Positions 36,045-48,264 of a DNA stretch of 64,000 nucleotides are shown in pieces; positions within the stretch are counted from its first letter, which is position 1, and the number at the start of each line of letters is the position of its first letter. The translations under genes and the position numbers were made by a program. The DNA comes from an uncultured Bacteriovoracaceae bacterium (GTDB taxonomy: Bacteria; Bdellovibrionota; UBA2428): contig CALFZE010000124.1 of NCBI GenBank assembly GCA_937952285.1, positions 36,649 through 100,648 on the forward strand, given 5' to 3'. Under the pieces are notes generated by a model, which searched no databases, had not been told where the DNA came from, and saw nothing but the letters and a program-made list of their open reading frames with translations.

Positions 36045-39000
36045 TTAAATCTGCTGCGCCGACAGCTTCGAAGCGAAGTCTTGGATCGCGATCGGACGGA
36101 CGTTGCCGCGAATAAGCGCCTGGATCGCCATCGAGGCCATCTCCGCCCCCGAAATCGTCGTGAAGAGAGGAATCCGGTTCGCGAGCGCCGCCTTGCGGAT
36201 CGTGACGCCGTCGCGAAGCGAGTTCAGCGAACCCGTCGTATTCACAACCAGATTCACCTTGGCTTCTTTCAGGACCCAAAGCAGATCCTGCCCCAGAGCG
36301 TTCTGACCGATCTTGGCGACGGATTGGCAGCTCACGCCGGCGCGGTTCAGGTATTCCGCCGTTCCCGGGGTACCCCAGATCTCAAAACCAAGCAGCTGGA
36401 AGAGCCGCGCGACGTTCAGACCGCGGGACTTGTCCTGATCGCGAACCGAGAAGAGCACCCCGCCGCGAACCGGAAGCTTCATGCCGGCCGCGATGTAGGC
36501 CTTGGCCAGAGCGCCACCCGCCGTCGGGTCAATGCCCATGACTTCGCCCGTGCTGCGCATTTCGGGCCCAAGAATCGGGTCCACGGTACGGAACTTCGAG
36601 AACGGGAAGACCGGAACCTTCACGGCGTAACCGTTGCTCGGCAGATGATGGAGATCTCCGTCGACCTTGCCCGCCACCAGACTCGGCACCTTCTCGCCCA
36701 AACCGGCGCGGATACCCCACTCGATGAGCGGGTAGCCGGTCGCCTTGGCGAGGAAGGGGAGGGTCCGCGAAGCGCGAGGGTTGGCTTCGAGCACGTAAAC
36801 GCGATCGTTCATGATCGCCATCTGGATATTGAAGAAGCCACGGGCTCCCGCCGCGACCGCGATACGACGCGCCATCTCGGCCATCTCGTCGACCTTCGAG
36901 GCCGGCAAGCGGAACGGAGGCAGCACGCACGAGGAGTCGCCGCTATGGATGCCGGCTTCCTCGACGTGTTCCATGACGCCCGCGATCCAAGCTTGCTCGC
37001 CGTCGCAGATGCCGTCGATATCGAACTCGACGGCTTCGTTCAGGAAACGATCCAGGAAAAGCGGGTAGCTCTCGCTGACTTCCTTCGCCTCGGTGAAGGC
37101 CTGGGCCAAGTCACGCTCGCTGGCGCAAATCTTCATCCCGCGACCGCCCAACACGAAGGAAGGACGAACGAGGATCGGAAACCCGATTTTACGGGCCGCG
37201 GCCTGCGTCTCCTCGAAGGAGGTCGCCGTCGCGTAGGCCGGGAACTCGATCTTAAGCTTCTTAAGAAGGTTCGCGAAGAGATCGCGGTCTTCCGCGAGGT
37301 CAATCGCCTCGCGCGTCGTGCCGAGAATCTTGTAGCCGGAGCGCTCCACGAACTCGGCCAGTTTGAGCGGCGTTTGGCCGCCCGTCTGCAGGAGCACGTA
37401 GGCTTCGCCGCCTTTTTCTCGGATCGGGTCGAGCTCACGCTTGAGGATGGGCCCCACGGTCTCTTCGGTCAAAGGCTCCAGATAAAGGCGCGTCGAGATC
37501 GAAGGATCCGTGCTCACCGTCTCCGGGTTGCAGTTGATCATGATCGTCTCGAAGCCGAGCTTCTGCAGGCTGAGCGAAGCGTGCACGCAGCAGTAATCGA
37601 ACTCGATACCCTGACCGATACGGTTCGGGCCCGACCCGAGGATCGCCACGCGGCCGCGCTTGCCCGCCGGAAGCGGAGGCGCGTCGCCGGCGCTGCCGTC
37701 GAAGTTCTGGCCGCCGAAATCGACGCGGCCGACGCTCGATTGCGTCGAGTAAAAGAACGGCGTCTTCGCGCGCGTTTCGGCGCTGCACGTGTCGATCATC
37801 TCGTAGCGGATCTTCTTCACGTCCGAAGGCAAGCGGTTCTCGCGCGGCCCCAGCTTCTTCTCGAGCTGGTAGCGACGGATCTCACGCGTGAACCAAGGAT
37901 CCCAGCCCAGGATCTCCGAGAGTTCTTCGGGATCGAAACCGCAGGCCAACGCGTCCCACGCCGCGAAACCGCGACGCGAGTAGGCCTTACGCAAGAGTTC
38001 GTCGGCCTCGGCCTTCCACGCGGCCACGGGATCGACCGAGGAAACCGGCGCGAACATCGGCCAGCTGCGCTCCAGGCTGCAGAGCCCCTTATGGAAGGCT
38101 TCGCCCAGCGAGCCTCCGAGCGTGAGCGCCTCGCCGACGCTTTGCATCTGCGGCAGGAGCTCGTCCTTGGCGCCCGGGAACTTCTCGAAGTGCCAGCGAG
38201 GGATCTTGACCGCGACGTAGTCGAGCGGCGGCTCGAAACAGGCCTTCGTCGTCTGCGTGACGACGTTCTGGATCTCGGCCAAGGTGTAGCCGAGCGCGAG
38301 CTTCGTCGCGACGTAGGCGATCGGGAAACCCGTCGCCTTGGAAGCGAGCGCGCTCGAGCGCGAAACGCGGGGGTTCATCTCGATGATGATGCGGCGACCG
38401 GTCTGCGGTTGCACCGCGAACTGGACGTTGCAGCCGCCCGTCTCGACGCCGATCGTGCGGATGAGCTCGAGCGAATCCGTGCGCATGGCCTGGTACTCGC
38501 GGTCGGTGAGGGTCTGCGCGGGCGCGACCGTAATCGAATCGCCCGTATGCACGCCCATCGCATCGATGTTCTCGATCGAGCAGACGATGATCGCGTTGTC
38601 GTTGCGGTCACGCATGACCTCGAGTTCGTACTCTTTCCAACCGAGGACGCTCTCTTCCACGAGCGTCTCGCCGATCGGCGACTCGGTCAGCGCGGAGCGT
38701 GCCTTCTCGAGCAGCTCGTCGGCGGTGTAAACGAGGCTCTGGCCCGTGCCGCCGAGCGTGAAACTCGGGCGCAGGATGAAGGGGAAGCCGCACTCACGGG
38801 CAAAGGCTTCGATTTCCTCGATCGAGCGGCAGACGGCCGAGCGGGGCGCGTCGAGGCCCAGCCCCATCGCGACTTCGCGGAAGGCGCGACGGTCTTCGGC
38901 CAGGTTGATCGACTTGATGTTCGCGCCGAGCAGCGCGATGCCGTCGAGCGCCTGCGGGATGCGCGAGAGCGCCATCATGAGGTTGAGCGCCGTCTGGCCG

Positions 39001-39275
39001 CCCATCGTCGGCAGGATCGCGTCGACCTGTTCGCGGCGCATGATCTCGAGCACCGTGAGGGGCTCGAGCGGTTCGATGTAGGTGCGGTCGGCCATCGCCG
39101 GATCCGTCATGATCGTCGCCGGGTTCGAGTTCAGGAGGATGACGCGAAGCCCTTCCTCCCGCAGCGCGCGGCAGGCCTGGCTGCCCGAGTAGTCGAACTC
39201 GCAAGCCTGGCCGATCGTGATCGGGCCGCTGCCCAGCAAAAGAACGTTCTTGAAGGGATACTTCCGGGAGCTCAT
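36045..39275 (-). CDS. carB: Carbamoyl-phosphate synthase large subunit
   Basis: Start at the internal MSSRKYPFKNVLLLGSGPITIGQACEFDYSG (ATG 39273-39275). 1076 aa. The upstream part of the track ORF is junk. Confidence 0.95.
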   Translation of the reverse strand: MSSRKYPFKNVLLLGSGPITIGQACEFDYSGSQACRALREEGLRVILLNSNPATIMTDPAMADRTYIEPLEPLTVLEIMRREQVDAILPTMGGQTALNLMMALSRIPQALDGIALLGANIKSINLAEDRRAFREVAMGLGLDAPRSAVCRSIEEIEAFARECGFPFILRPSFTLGGTGQSLVYTADELLEKARSALTESPIGETLVEESVLGWKEYELEVMRDRNDNAIIVCSIENIDAMGVHTGDSITVAPAQTLTDREYQAMRTDSLELIRTIGVETGGCNVQFAVQPQTGRRIIIEMNPRVSRSSALASKATGFPIAYVATKLALGYTLAEIQNVVTQTTKACFEPPLDYVAVKIPRWHFEKFPGAKDELLPQMQSVGEALTLGGSLGEAFHKGLCSLERSWPMFAPVSSVDPVAAWKAEADELLRKAYSRRGFAAWDALACGFDPEELSEILGWDPWFTREIRRYQLEKKLGPRENRLPSDVKKIRYEMIDTCSAETRAKTPFFYSTQSSVGRVDFGGQNFDGSAGDAPPLPAGKRGRVAILGSGPNRIGQGIEFDYCCVHASLSLQKLGFETIMINCNPETVSTDPSISTRLYLEPLTEETVGPILKRELDPIREKGGEAYVLLQTGGQTPLKLAEFVERSGYKILGTTREAIDLAEDRDLFANLLKKLKIEFPAYATATSFEETQAAARKIGFPILVRPSFVLGGRGMKICASERDLAQAFTEAKEVSESYPLFLDRFLNEAVEFDIDGICDGEQAWIAGVMEHVEEAGIHSGDSSCVLPPFRLPASKVDEMAEMARRIAVAAGARGFFNIQMAIMNDRVYVLEANPRASRTLPFLAKATGYPLIEWGIRAGLGEKVPSLVAGKVDGDLHHLPSNGYAVKVPVFPFSKFRTVDPILGPEMRSTGEVMGIDPTAGGALAKAYIAAGMKLPVRGGVLFSVRDQDKSRGLNVARLFQLLGFEIWGTPGTAEYLNRAGVSCQSVAKIGQNALGQDLLWVLKEAKVNLVVNTTGSLNSLRDGVTIRKAALANRIPLFTTISGAEMASMAIQALIRGNVRPIAIQDFASKLSAQQI

Positions 39276-39913
39276 CAGAAAATCGGGTTCTCCGTATAGA
39301 TGTGATGAACGTCGATATGGGCGTACTGTTCCATTTTCAGTCGCATCGAAGCCAAGCGATGAAGGAGCGCGAGTCGCTTCTTCTCGTCGAGGAAACGCAC
39401 GAGCTTGATCTGCTTGAGCAGGAAGGGCCTCGCTTCGGCCGGGTGGAACACGAAGGAACTTCCGAAGACGAGACGGTCCTTGTACTTGATGAGGCGCGCC
39501 TCGAAGACGTCGCCCTTCGTGAAGCCGCGGTTGATCGCGTCGTCCTCGACGATGAACTTCTCGTTCGTGAAGAGATCCTTCACGTAGATGTCGTCGCCCT
39601 TGGCCTTGAGCAGTTCGAAAAGCGAGTGGTTGGACTTCGCGAGGTCCTCGAAGATCGAGCGCTCGTCCGCGGCGACCGTGTCGAGTTTCTCCAGCACGAA
39701 GAGCTTGACCGGCGCGAGCTGCGCTTGATCCATCGGGCGATCGAAGAGGTACCAGTCGAGGAACGCCGTCATGCGGATCTCGAACTTCTCGGAGCCCTCG
39801 GCGATCTCGCCCGTGCGCGCGCAATATTCCTGCCGCGCGCGTTTCACTTCCTCGTAGAAGTCGCCCCGCGTGTAGGCGTCCATCACGCGGTCGATGTAAG
39901 CTCTAATTCCCAC
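39275..39913 (-). CDS. Conserved hypothetical protein located between carA and carB (212 aa)
   Basis: Normal composition. Its stop overlaps the carB ATG (ATGA) and its start region overlaps the carA end. Confidence 0.6.
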   Translation of the reverse strand: MGIRAYIDRVMDAYTRGDFYEEVKRARQEYCARTGEIAEGSEKFEIRMTAFLDWYLFDRPMDQAQLAPVKLFVLEKLDTVAADERSIFEDLAKSNHSLFELLKAKGDDIYVKDLFTNEKFIVEDDAINRGFTKGDVFEARLIKYKDRLVFGSSFVFHPAEARPFLLKQIKLVRFLDEKKRLALLHRLASMRLKMEQYAHIDVHHIYTENPIF

Positions 39914-41093
39914 AGAACATCGCCTTTCGTACGAAATCCCGGATGAGCACGAAGCTCTCCATCGGTCCCGGCGCGGCCTCCGGGTGGAACTGCACCGTCT
40001 CGCAATTGTATTCCGGCGCGCTCAAGCCCTCGACGCTTCCGTCATCGGCGTGGACGAAGGAAACGCGGACGCCCTTGGGAAGCGATTCGGCGTCCACGGC
40101 GAAACCGTGGTTCTGGCTCGTGATCCACGTACGCTGCGGCTCGCCCGTCGGGGAAAGCTGCACGACGGGATGGTGGATCCCGCGGTGTCCGAACTTCATC
40201 TTGTAGGTCTTGGCGTCCACGGCGTGGGCGACCAGTTGGTGGCCCAGGCAAATCCCGAAGATCGGCTTCTTGCCCAAGACTTTCTTGAGCTCGGCGATGA
40301 TATGCGTCGCGGCGGCCGGATCCCCGGGGCCGTTGCTCAAGAAGATCCCTTCGCGACCCGCGGCCAAGATCTCCTCGGCCTTGGCCGTCGCCGGCATAAC
40401 TTGCAGGTCGGCTCCCATCGCGGAAAGGATCCGCAGGGTGTTCGTCTTGACGCCGAAATCCCAAACCGCGATACGCGGCTTCGCGAGCTGCTTCTGGTCG
40501 GCCGGGCGCGCGAAGCTCGATTGCATCGGCCAGTAGCCGTAGCGACCGGGTTGCTCGACCGCGGCGACCTCGTAGGGTTTTTCGCAGGTCACGAGCCCCG
40601 TCAGGTCGCGCCCCTTCATGCTCGGGACTTTCGCCCGGATGTAGTCGAGCGCCTCGCCCTTGGTCATGGATCCGCGCTTATAGACGAGCCCACGCTGGCT
40701 GCCCGACTCGCGCAGGACGATCGTGAGCGCGCGCGCGTCGATGCCGTCGACCGCGAAGCGGCCTTCCTTCACGATCCATTCCGGGATCGAGGACTTCGCG
40801 CGCCAGTTCGAGGGAACTTCCTCAAGACGGCGACAAACGAGCCCCTCGGCCCAGATCTTCGAGCTTTCCGCGTCCTCGCCCGTGTAGCCGGTGTTCCCGA
40901 CGTGGGCGGCCGTCGACACGAGCACCTGGCCCGCGAAGCTCGGATCCGTGAGGGATTCTTCGATCCCCGACATCGCCGTACAGAAGACGAATTCGCCCGA
41001 ACGCGGGGTCGAGAAATCCCCCCAACCACGTCCTTCGAACTCAACGCCATTTTCCAAGATAAAAGAGACCGCGACCGGTTCCCGAGTCGTCAT
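39903..41093 (-). CDS. carA: Carbamoyl-phosphate synthase small subunit (glutamine amidotransferase)
   Basis: GICLGHQ catalytic-Cys motif, HH pair. 396 aa. Confidence 0.9.
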   Translation of the reverse strand: MTTREPVAVSFILENGVEFEGRGWGDFSTPRSGEFVFCTAMSGIEESLTDPSFAGQVLVSTAAHVGNTGYTGEDAESSKIWAEGLVCRRLEEVPSNWRAKSSIPEWIVKEGRFAVDGIDARALTIVLRESGSQRGLVYKRGSMTKGEALDYIRAKVPSMKGRDLTGLVTCEKPYEVAAVEQPGRYGYWPMQSSFARPADQKQLAKPRIAVWDFGVKTNTLRILSAMGADLQVMPATAKAEEILAAGREGIFLSNGPGDPAAATHIIAELKKVLGKKPIFGICLGHQLVAHAVDAKTYKMKFGHRGIHHPVVQLSPTGEPQRTWITSQNHGFAVDAESLPKGVRVSFVHADDGSVEGLSAPEYNCETVQFHPEAAPGPMESFVLIRDFVRKAMFCGN

Positions 41094-41184
41094 CGGGGGC
41101 GAAGCCTGAACCGACAGACCCCCATTATCAAGAAGGAAATCAGTCCCTTTGAAGGATTCTTCGGACTGTCCCCGTCAGGGGATT

Positions 41185-42093
41185 TCAGGACTTCGTTTCG
41201 AGCACCCACTCGAGGAGTTTAGCGCGGAGCAAAACGCCCATTTCAGCCTGTTTCAGGATGAGCGAGCGGGGATCTTCGAGCCAATCCGGCTCTAACTCGA
41301 CGCCCCAATTGATGGGCCCCGGGTGCATGAGCCGTTGGTGCTCGGCGAGATCACGCCGGCCCAAGCGGAAATTGTTCACGAAGGCTTCCGTCACGGCCGC
41401 CGCCGGTCCGTCCATGCGCTCGCGCTGGACCCGAAGGGCCATGACGACGTCCTGATCCTTGATCGCGCTCCGGGAATCCGACCAATCATGGTCGACGGCC
41501 CAAGCCGGGCGCCATTCTTCGGGACTCATGAGGGTCAGGCGGATGCCGAGCTTCCGCGCGAGCTTGGACCAACTTTGGGCGACCCGCGAGTGCCGCAGAT
41601 CCCCGTAGATACCGATTTTGAGGGCCCGCAGGCGCCCTTCGTCCCAGTGCACGAGGTCGAGCAAAGTCGTCAGATCCAAGAGCGCTTGGGTCGGATGCTC
41701 GCCGACTCCGTCCCCGGCGTTCACGACCGGACCAAGCCCCAAGTCGCGGCAACCCTGCAAGCCGCCCGTGACCTGGGTGCGGATCACAAAGGATCCCATC
41801 CCCATAGCCTTCAAATTGCGCAGGGTGTCCTCGACGGTCTCGCCCTTCTCGATCGAAGTTCCCTTCGAAAGTACGAGCACGTGGTTGAGACCGATACGCT
41901 GGCAGGCGCGAATGAAGCTGACCGCCGTCCGGGTCGAAGGTTCCAAGAAAACAAGCCCGACCGCGGGCTTGGCCGGATCGATCGGTCGAAAAGCCGGCGG
42001 CTTCTTCAAAGCCGAACGACAAAGCTCAAGAACTTCGGATTCCGTAAAATCATCAATCGATACGCAATGACGCACGAAACGGTTTTCTAACAC
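41185..42093 (-). CDS. pyrB: Aspartate carbamoyltransferase catalytic subunit
   Basis: STRTR, HPTQ and HPGP motifs. 302 aa. Confidence 0.9.
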   Translation of the reverse strand: MLENRFVRHCVSIDDFTESEVLELCRSALKKPPAFRPIDPAKPAVGLVFLEPSTRTAVSFIRACQRIGLNHVLVLSKGTSIEKGETVEDTLRNLKAMGMGSFVIRTQVTGGLQGCRDLGLGPVVNAGDGVGEHPTQALLDLTTLLDLVHWDEGRLRALKIGIYGDLRHSRVAQSWSKLARKLGIRLTLMSPEEWRPAWAVDHDWSDSRSAIKDQDVVMALRVQRERMDGPAAAVTEAFVNNFRLGRRDLAEHQRLMHPGPINWGVELEPDWLEDPRSLILKQAEMGVLLRAKLLEWVLETKS

Positions 42094-42213
42094 AAAGGTG
42101 CCTAGCTCGGCGCCCCCGGCTCGGCGCCCCCAACTCCTTTTGGTTCAGCGGGTGCGTCATGGCTCTTTTCAACCTGTCTTGCGCCCGGCATCAAAGGACG
42201 GGATTCTGGACCC

Positions 42214-42804
42214 ATGGCCCGTCCTACGAAACCGCCGATCGACGATTCCTACTACCGCAACTACGCCGGCTCGGGCCGATCCTACGACTCCGTCTACCGC
42301 GACTACAGCTATTCGGAAGAATGCGCCGAACTCTTCTCGAGCGGTCGTTATCCCCGTCCCAAAAGCCTGCTCGTGCTGGGACCGGCGACCGGCCGAGTGC
42401 TCCAGGACTTTCACCGGGACCTCGGCGTAAAAGCTTGGGGCTGCGAGATCAGCGAGTGGGCTTGGGAGCGGATTCCCGCCGAGTACCGGGCCCGGGTCGC
42501 CCGCGCGAGCATGATCGACTACTTGAGCGAGCTCCGCGAAAGCGGTGCCCGCCTCGACCTCTGCTTCACGAACGCCCTCGGTTACCTGGCCACCCCGACC
42601 GTGGATCCCGTTTTGAACGGCCTCGCGCATTCCACCCGCTACGTGCACTTCCGTTCCAGTTTCCTCGGCGCGGCTTGTCCCGATCCCTACCGCCAAACGC
42701 TTAAGCCCTACGCCTGGTGGGTCGGACGCTTCGAAGCCGCCGGCTTCAAGACCCATTTCGAAGCCGACGGTTCCCCGCTCTATCTCTGGGAATCCCTCCG
42801 CTAA
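42214..42804 (+). CDS. Putative SAM-dependent methyltransferase-like protein
   Basis: VLGPATG motif I-like. 196 aa. Confidence 0.4.
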   Translation: MARPTKPPIDDSYYRNYAGSGRSYDSVYRDYSYSEECAELFSSGRYPRPKSLLVLGPATGRVLQDFHRDLGVKAWGCEISEWAWERIPAEYRARVARASMIDYLSELRESGARLDLCFTNALGYLATPTVDPVLNGLAHSTRYVHFRSSFLGAACPDPYRQTLKPYAWWVGRFEAAGFKTHFEADGSPLYLWESLR

Positions 42805-42954
42805 GTTTGCCAGTCCGGCCGACCGCTCCGAAATCCGGGAATAGCTGCCCGCCGCACGCTTCCGCGCTCGCTAAACCTCACCCTCACCTGGCCCCCCGCT
42901 TGCTGAGACGGAACCCGGAGCGCATGTCGCGCTCCATCTTCACAGGGAGTCCGC

Positions 42955-43599
42955 ATGAAAAATCTCGTCTTCGTTTCTTTGCTTCTCGCCACGCCCGCCT
43001 TCGCCCAAACCAAACTCTCCATCGTCGAGTTCGAAAACAAGGCGAACTCGGGCGACTGCCGCTTCGACGGTTGGGCCTGGTGGAATCAAAACCTCGGTAG
43101 CGCCTTCAAAGAAATGCTCGTCGGCGAGATCAAGAAGCACTCACGCTTCAAGCTCTACGAACGCGCCACCATTCGAAAGGTCTACGAAAACGAGCACGAT
43201 CTCGTGAACTCCGAGAACGCCCCCAAGAAAGCCAAGGGCCAGTTCCAGGTCGCGGATTTCACCCTCGCCGGATCGGTCAGCGAGTTCGAATACTGCTCCT
43301 CCGGACGCACGGGCGGCATCCGCCTCGGCGGACTCGGCATCCTGAACGACCTCTCGATCGGCGGAGAAACCCAAGAAGCCAAGGTCGTCGTCGACATCCG
43401 CGTCATCAACACCGAAACGGGCGAGATCACGGCCACCACGCAAGGCGAAGGCACGGTCAAAGATGGCAAGCTCGATCTGGGCGTGAGCCTCGGGCCCGTC
43501 TCGACGAACCTCGGCGGCCACGAGGGCACGCCGATCGCCAAGGCCGCACGCCTCGCCATCCACAACGCGACGAACGAAATCGTCTCGCGGATTCCTTAG
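42955..43599 (+). CDS. CsgG-family (curli assembly/transport component-like) periplasmic protein, no lipobox Cys
   Basis: KLSIVEFENKAN, RFKLYERATIRKVYENEHDL and ADFTLAGSVSEF match CsgG/COG1462 family blocks. Signal peptide ends AFAQ. Confidence 0.55.
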   Translation: MKNLVFVSLLLATPAFAQTKLSIVEFENKANSGDCRFDGWAWWNQNLGSAFKEMLVGEIKKHSRFKLYERATIRKVYENEHDLVNSENAPKKAKGQFQVADFTLAGSVSEFEYCSSGRTGGIRLGGLGILNDLSIGGETQEAKVVVDIRVINTETGEITATTQGEGTVKDGKLDLGVSLGPVSTNLGGHEGTPIAKAARLAIHNATNEIVSRIP

Positions 43600-43600
43600 A

Positions 43601-45467
<1,867 letters not shown>

Positions 45468-45484
<17 letters not shown>

Positions 45485-45716
45485 TTGTCTCTTCTGGCTT
45501 CTTTGCCTTAGGACCTACCCCGAGACTGGAGCCCGGGAAAGTCTCGAAGAGCGAAGTCTGACCGGGAAGCTGTTCGGCATAACGCTGCAGAATTAAATCG
45601 ATTCCCATCCGAATGTACTCGGCGATCGGGACGCGGGTGCGCTCGTGCAACTGCTTGAGCCCTTGCACCTGCTCCTCCGTCAGGTAGACGGTCGTCGAGA
45701 TCTTCTTCCGGGCCAT
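45468..45716 (-). CDS. Ribbon-helix-helix (CopG/Arc-like) protein upstream of lepA
   Basis: Start at the internal [43 protein letters not shown]. 82 aa. Overlaps the lepA start by 17 nt. Confidence 0.55.
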
Positions 45717-45823
45717 ACATGTATGGTAACACGTTGCACCAAAACCTGGAAAGCTATTTATGTTATGATTTCCATATCTTGAGAAGTAGAGTCCAAATCC
45801 CTCTTCTGAGCTTGGCCGCGAGC

Positions 45824-46432
45824 ATGGCTTTATGGAGCTGCTCGTCGAGCTCGAAGACTCCGCCAAGCTCGACGAGTAAAGGCTCGGACGAAAGCTCGGT
45901 TTCTCGCGAAGCCAAACTGCTGGGCCCGCGCCAACGTTTCCAGCCTCTCGCCGTCGGCGGCGACGGCTTTCCGCGCATGACGAAAGTTTTCGCGGAAGGC
46001 ACGCAAAAACTCGAACGCATCGATTTCGATTTCAATGCGGACGGACGCGTCGACTTCATCCAGTATTTCGATCCGACCGGCGCTTGGGTCCGCAAGGAAG
46101 CCTCCGATCTGGACGGGGACGGCCTCTTCGACGTCCTGAGCACTTTCGACAAGAAAGGCGCCAAGGCTCCCGAGCTCGTCGCGCAGGAATTCAATGCCCG
46201 CTACGAGAACCGTCCTTCCGTTTGGAAGGAGTATCGCAACGGCGTGCTCGCAAAGCGGGCCTTAGACCGCAAGGGTCGCGGCCGGCCGGACTATTGGGAG
46301 ATCTACGAGGGAGAGCGCCTCCTTCGCGTCGAGCGCGACGATGACGGCGACGGCCAACCCGACAAAGGCGCGCGCTTCCCGCGGGTCGTCGCGCCCGAAG
46401 GCAGCGAACCGGGGCGTCCCAAGCTTCGCTGA
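45824..46432 (+). CDS. Lipoprotein with three DxDGDG-type (EF-hand/dockerin-like) acidic loop motifs
   Basis: Start at MALWSCSSSSK (lipobox LWSC). Motifs DFNADGRVD, DLDGDGLFD, DDDGDGQPD. Confidence 0.5.
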   Translation: MALWSCSSSSKTPPSSTSKGSDESSVSREAKLLGPRQRFQPLAVGGDGFPRMTKVFAEGTQKLERIDFDFNADGRVDFIQYFDPTGAWVRKEASDLDGDGLFDVLSTFDKKGAKAPELVAQEFNARYENRPSVWKEYRNGVLAKRALDRKGRGRPDYWEIYEGERLLRVERDDDGDGQPDKGARFPRVVAPEGSEPGRPKLR

Positions 46433-46537
46433 AGTCCGGATTCCTCCGCGAGTTTCCGGAACGCCGGACGACGCCCGCGCCGACTAAATAAATAATAGCG
46501 ACTTAGGTCTGGCACGTCGGTTGCTTCGCCGTGCGGC

Positions 46538-47479
46538 ATGAAGAGCCCACTCGCTACCCCTTCATCCCCCACCTCGCATTTCTTTCCCCAGGGACTGAGT
46601 CGTTCCCCGACGCCGGCCAAGCCTCCGAAGCCGGTTAGCGTCGCGGTGGAGCATCCGCTCCTCGAAGAGTGGTTCTGGGGACTCGGCCAGGCGCTCGCCG
46701 AACTCCGGGCGGACATCGAGATCGCCGCCTCGAAAGACATCAACATCCTCGTCGTCGGCGAAACGGGGACCGGCAAGGAATACGTCGCCTCGCTGCTCCA
46801 CGAACAGCGTCTCCGTCGAATGCGCCGTCGGCCCTCCGAGTCGACTCCCTTCGTGCCGGTGAACTGCGGCGCGATCCCCGAGAACTTGGCCGAGTCCATG
46901 CTCTTCGGCCACGAGCGCGGGGCCTTCACTTCCGCCCGCGATCGGCGAGCCGGAAAGTTCGAAGTCGCCGGCCAGGGCACGCTCTTCCTCGACGAGATCC
47001 AATGTCTCGACAAGAACCTGCAGGCCAAATTGCTGCGGGTTCTGCAGACGCGCAAGGTCGAGGCGCTCGGCGCGCGCGAGGCCGTCGACATCGACTGCCA
47101 GATCGTCGCGGCGAGCAATATCCCCCTCGAGATTCTCGTGAACAACCAACGCTTTCGACGGGATCTCTACTACCGCTTGAACGTCTTTCCGCTTTACCTG
47201 CCGCCGCTGCGCAAGCGGAAGGAAGACCTGCCGACGATCGTCCGCGGCCTGCTTCGACGCCTCGAGAAGACCCTGGGCTTCACCGGCCTCGAGGTCGAAG
47301 CCTCCGCCTTCGAGCAGATCGTTCGCTACGACTGGCCCGGAAACATCCGCGAGCTCGAGCACGCGCTTCTGTACGCCGCGCTTCGCAGCCGTACGGGAAG
47401 CATCACTTCCGCCCATCTGCCCAGCTTCGTGACGGGTGCCCTTAAAGCTTACTTGAGCGAAGGGGAGTGGGACCTATGA
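46538..47479 (+). CDS. Stand-alone sigma-54 activator AAA+ core (no receiver, no HTH)
   Basis: VVGETGTGKEYVA Walker A, a GAFTSA variant of GAFTGA, and DWPGNIRELE. 313 aa, ends 45 aa after the AAA+ lid with no Fis-type HTH. Confidence 0.75.
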   Translation: MKSPLATPSSPTSHFFPQGLSRSPTPAKPPKPVSVAVEHPLLEEWFWGLGQALAELRADIEIAASKDINILVVGETGTGKEYVASLLHEQRLRRMRRRPSESTPFVPVNCGAIPENLAESMLFGHERGAFTSARDRRAGKFEVAGQGTLFLDEIQCLDKNLQAKLLRVLQTRKVEALGAREAVDIDCQIVAASNIPLEILVNNQRFRRDLYYRLNVFPLYLPPLRKRKEDLPTIVRGLLRRLEKTLGFTGLEVEASAFEQIVRYDWPGNIRELEHALLYAALRSRTGSITSAHLPSFVTGALKAYLSEGEWDL

Positions 47480-47484
47480 TCCGC

Positions 47485-48264
47485 TCACTTGACCTTCTCG
47501 ACCTTGAAGTCCCGCGAAGCTTTGGTCTGGAGCAGTCTTTCGCCTTCGCGCATGGCCCAGACCTCTTGAACGAAGGAGCCGACGCTAACCTGGAACCAGG
47601 GCGCCCCGTCCCCGGACTTGATGGGGCGCATGTAGGCATCGTTGAATCCGAGTTTCCGCAGGGCGCCAACCTTGGCGGTCGCTTCCTCGGCGGTGGCGAA
47701 ACTCTGAACGCGAACCGTGAACTGGTTCGAGATCGGCGTGAACACGTCGCGGGCCGCGGGCTTTCTTTCGAAGAGCGAGCGCACCGATTTTTCGGGTCCC
47801 TTCTCGAGCCGATTCGCCTCGGCGGCTTCGGCGCGCGCGATACGCGCGTCTTCGGCTTTGACCTCGGGAGGTTTTGGGCTGGCTTCGCCGGCCCATCCCG
47901 GATTCGCGCCAAAATGAGCGGCCGCATCCGCGACCGACTTTGGATCCGTACTCTGTCCTTCCTGCATAACGAGCTCGCGCAGCGCCTCTTGCTTGGCTTC
48001 CGCGTAGGCCGCCTTCAAATCGGCGCCAGCCTCGGCGATCGGCGCGACGGTCGCCGGCTTGGCATCGACCGAAGCGGGCGCGCGCCCTCCGTGTTCTTCG
48101 CCGTGCGCGACCTCGGCGACGAGCGGTGACGCCGGCCGCATGCCCATCCCAACCATGATCCCAAACGTGAACACCAACCCGGAGAAAAGAACCATGATCC
48201 CCAAGAGCGTCCATACTTCGAAACGGTCGAGCTCGAATCTCGTGCGCGGAGTCATCCTCCCCAT
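47485..48264 (-). CDS. SPOR-domain cell-division protein (DedD/FtsN-like)
   Basis: One TM (WTLLGIMVLFSGLVFTFGIMV), a Pro/Ala/Glu-rich linker, and a C-terminal SPOR domain (FTVRVQSFATAEEATAKVGALRKLGFNDAYM). Confidence 0.65.
   Translation of the reverse strand: MGRMTPRTRFELDRFEVWTLLGIMVLFSGLVFTFGIMVGMGMRPASPLVAEVAHGEEHGGRAPASVDAKPATVAPIAEAGADLKAAYAEAKQEALRELVMQEGQSTDPKSVADAAAHFGANPGWAGEASPKPPEVKAEDARIARAEAAEANRLEKGPEKSVRSLFERKPAARDVFTPISNQFTVRVQSFATAEEATAKVGALRKLGFNDAYMRPIKSGDGAPWFQVSVGSFVQEVWAMREGERLLQTKASRDFKVEKVK

Noticed and set aside
35964-39299. 1111-aa ORF on the plus strand
   Set aside because: It is exactly antisense to carB, Arg/Ala/Asp-rich, and has no recognisable domains. This is the typical high-GC shadow ORF.
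48100-48245. Sigma-54 promoter (TGGCAC-N5-TTGC) upstream of flp, expected because of the adjacent bEBP
   Set aside because: No GG-N10-GC element was found in the region, which is also coding for the SPOR protein on the opposite strand.
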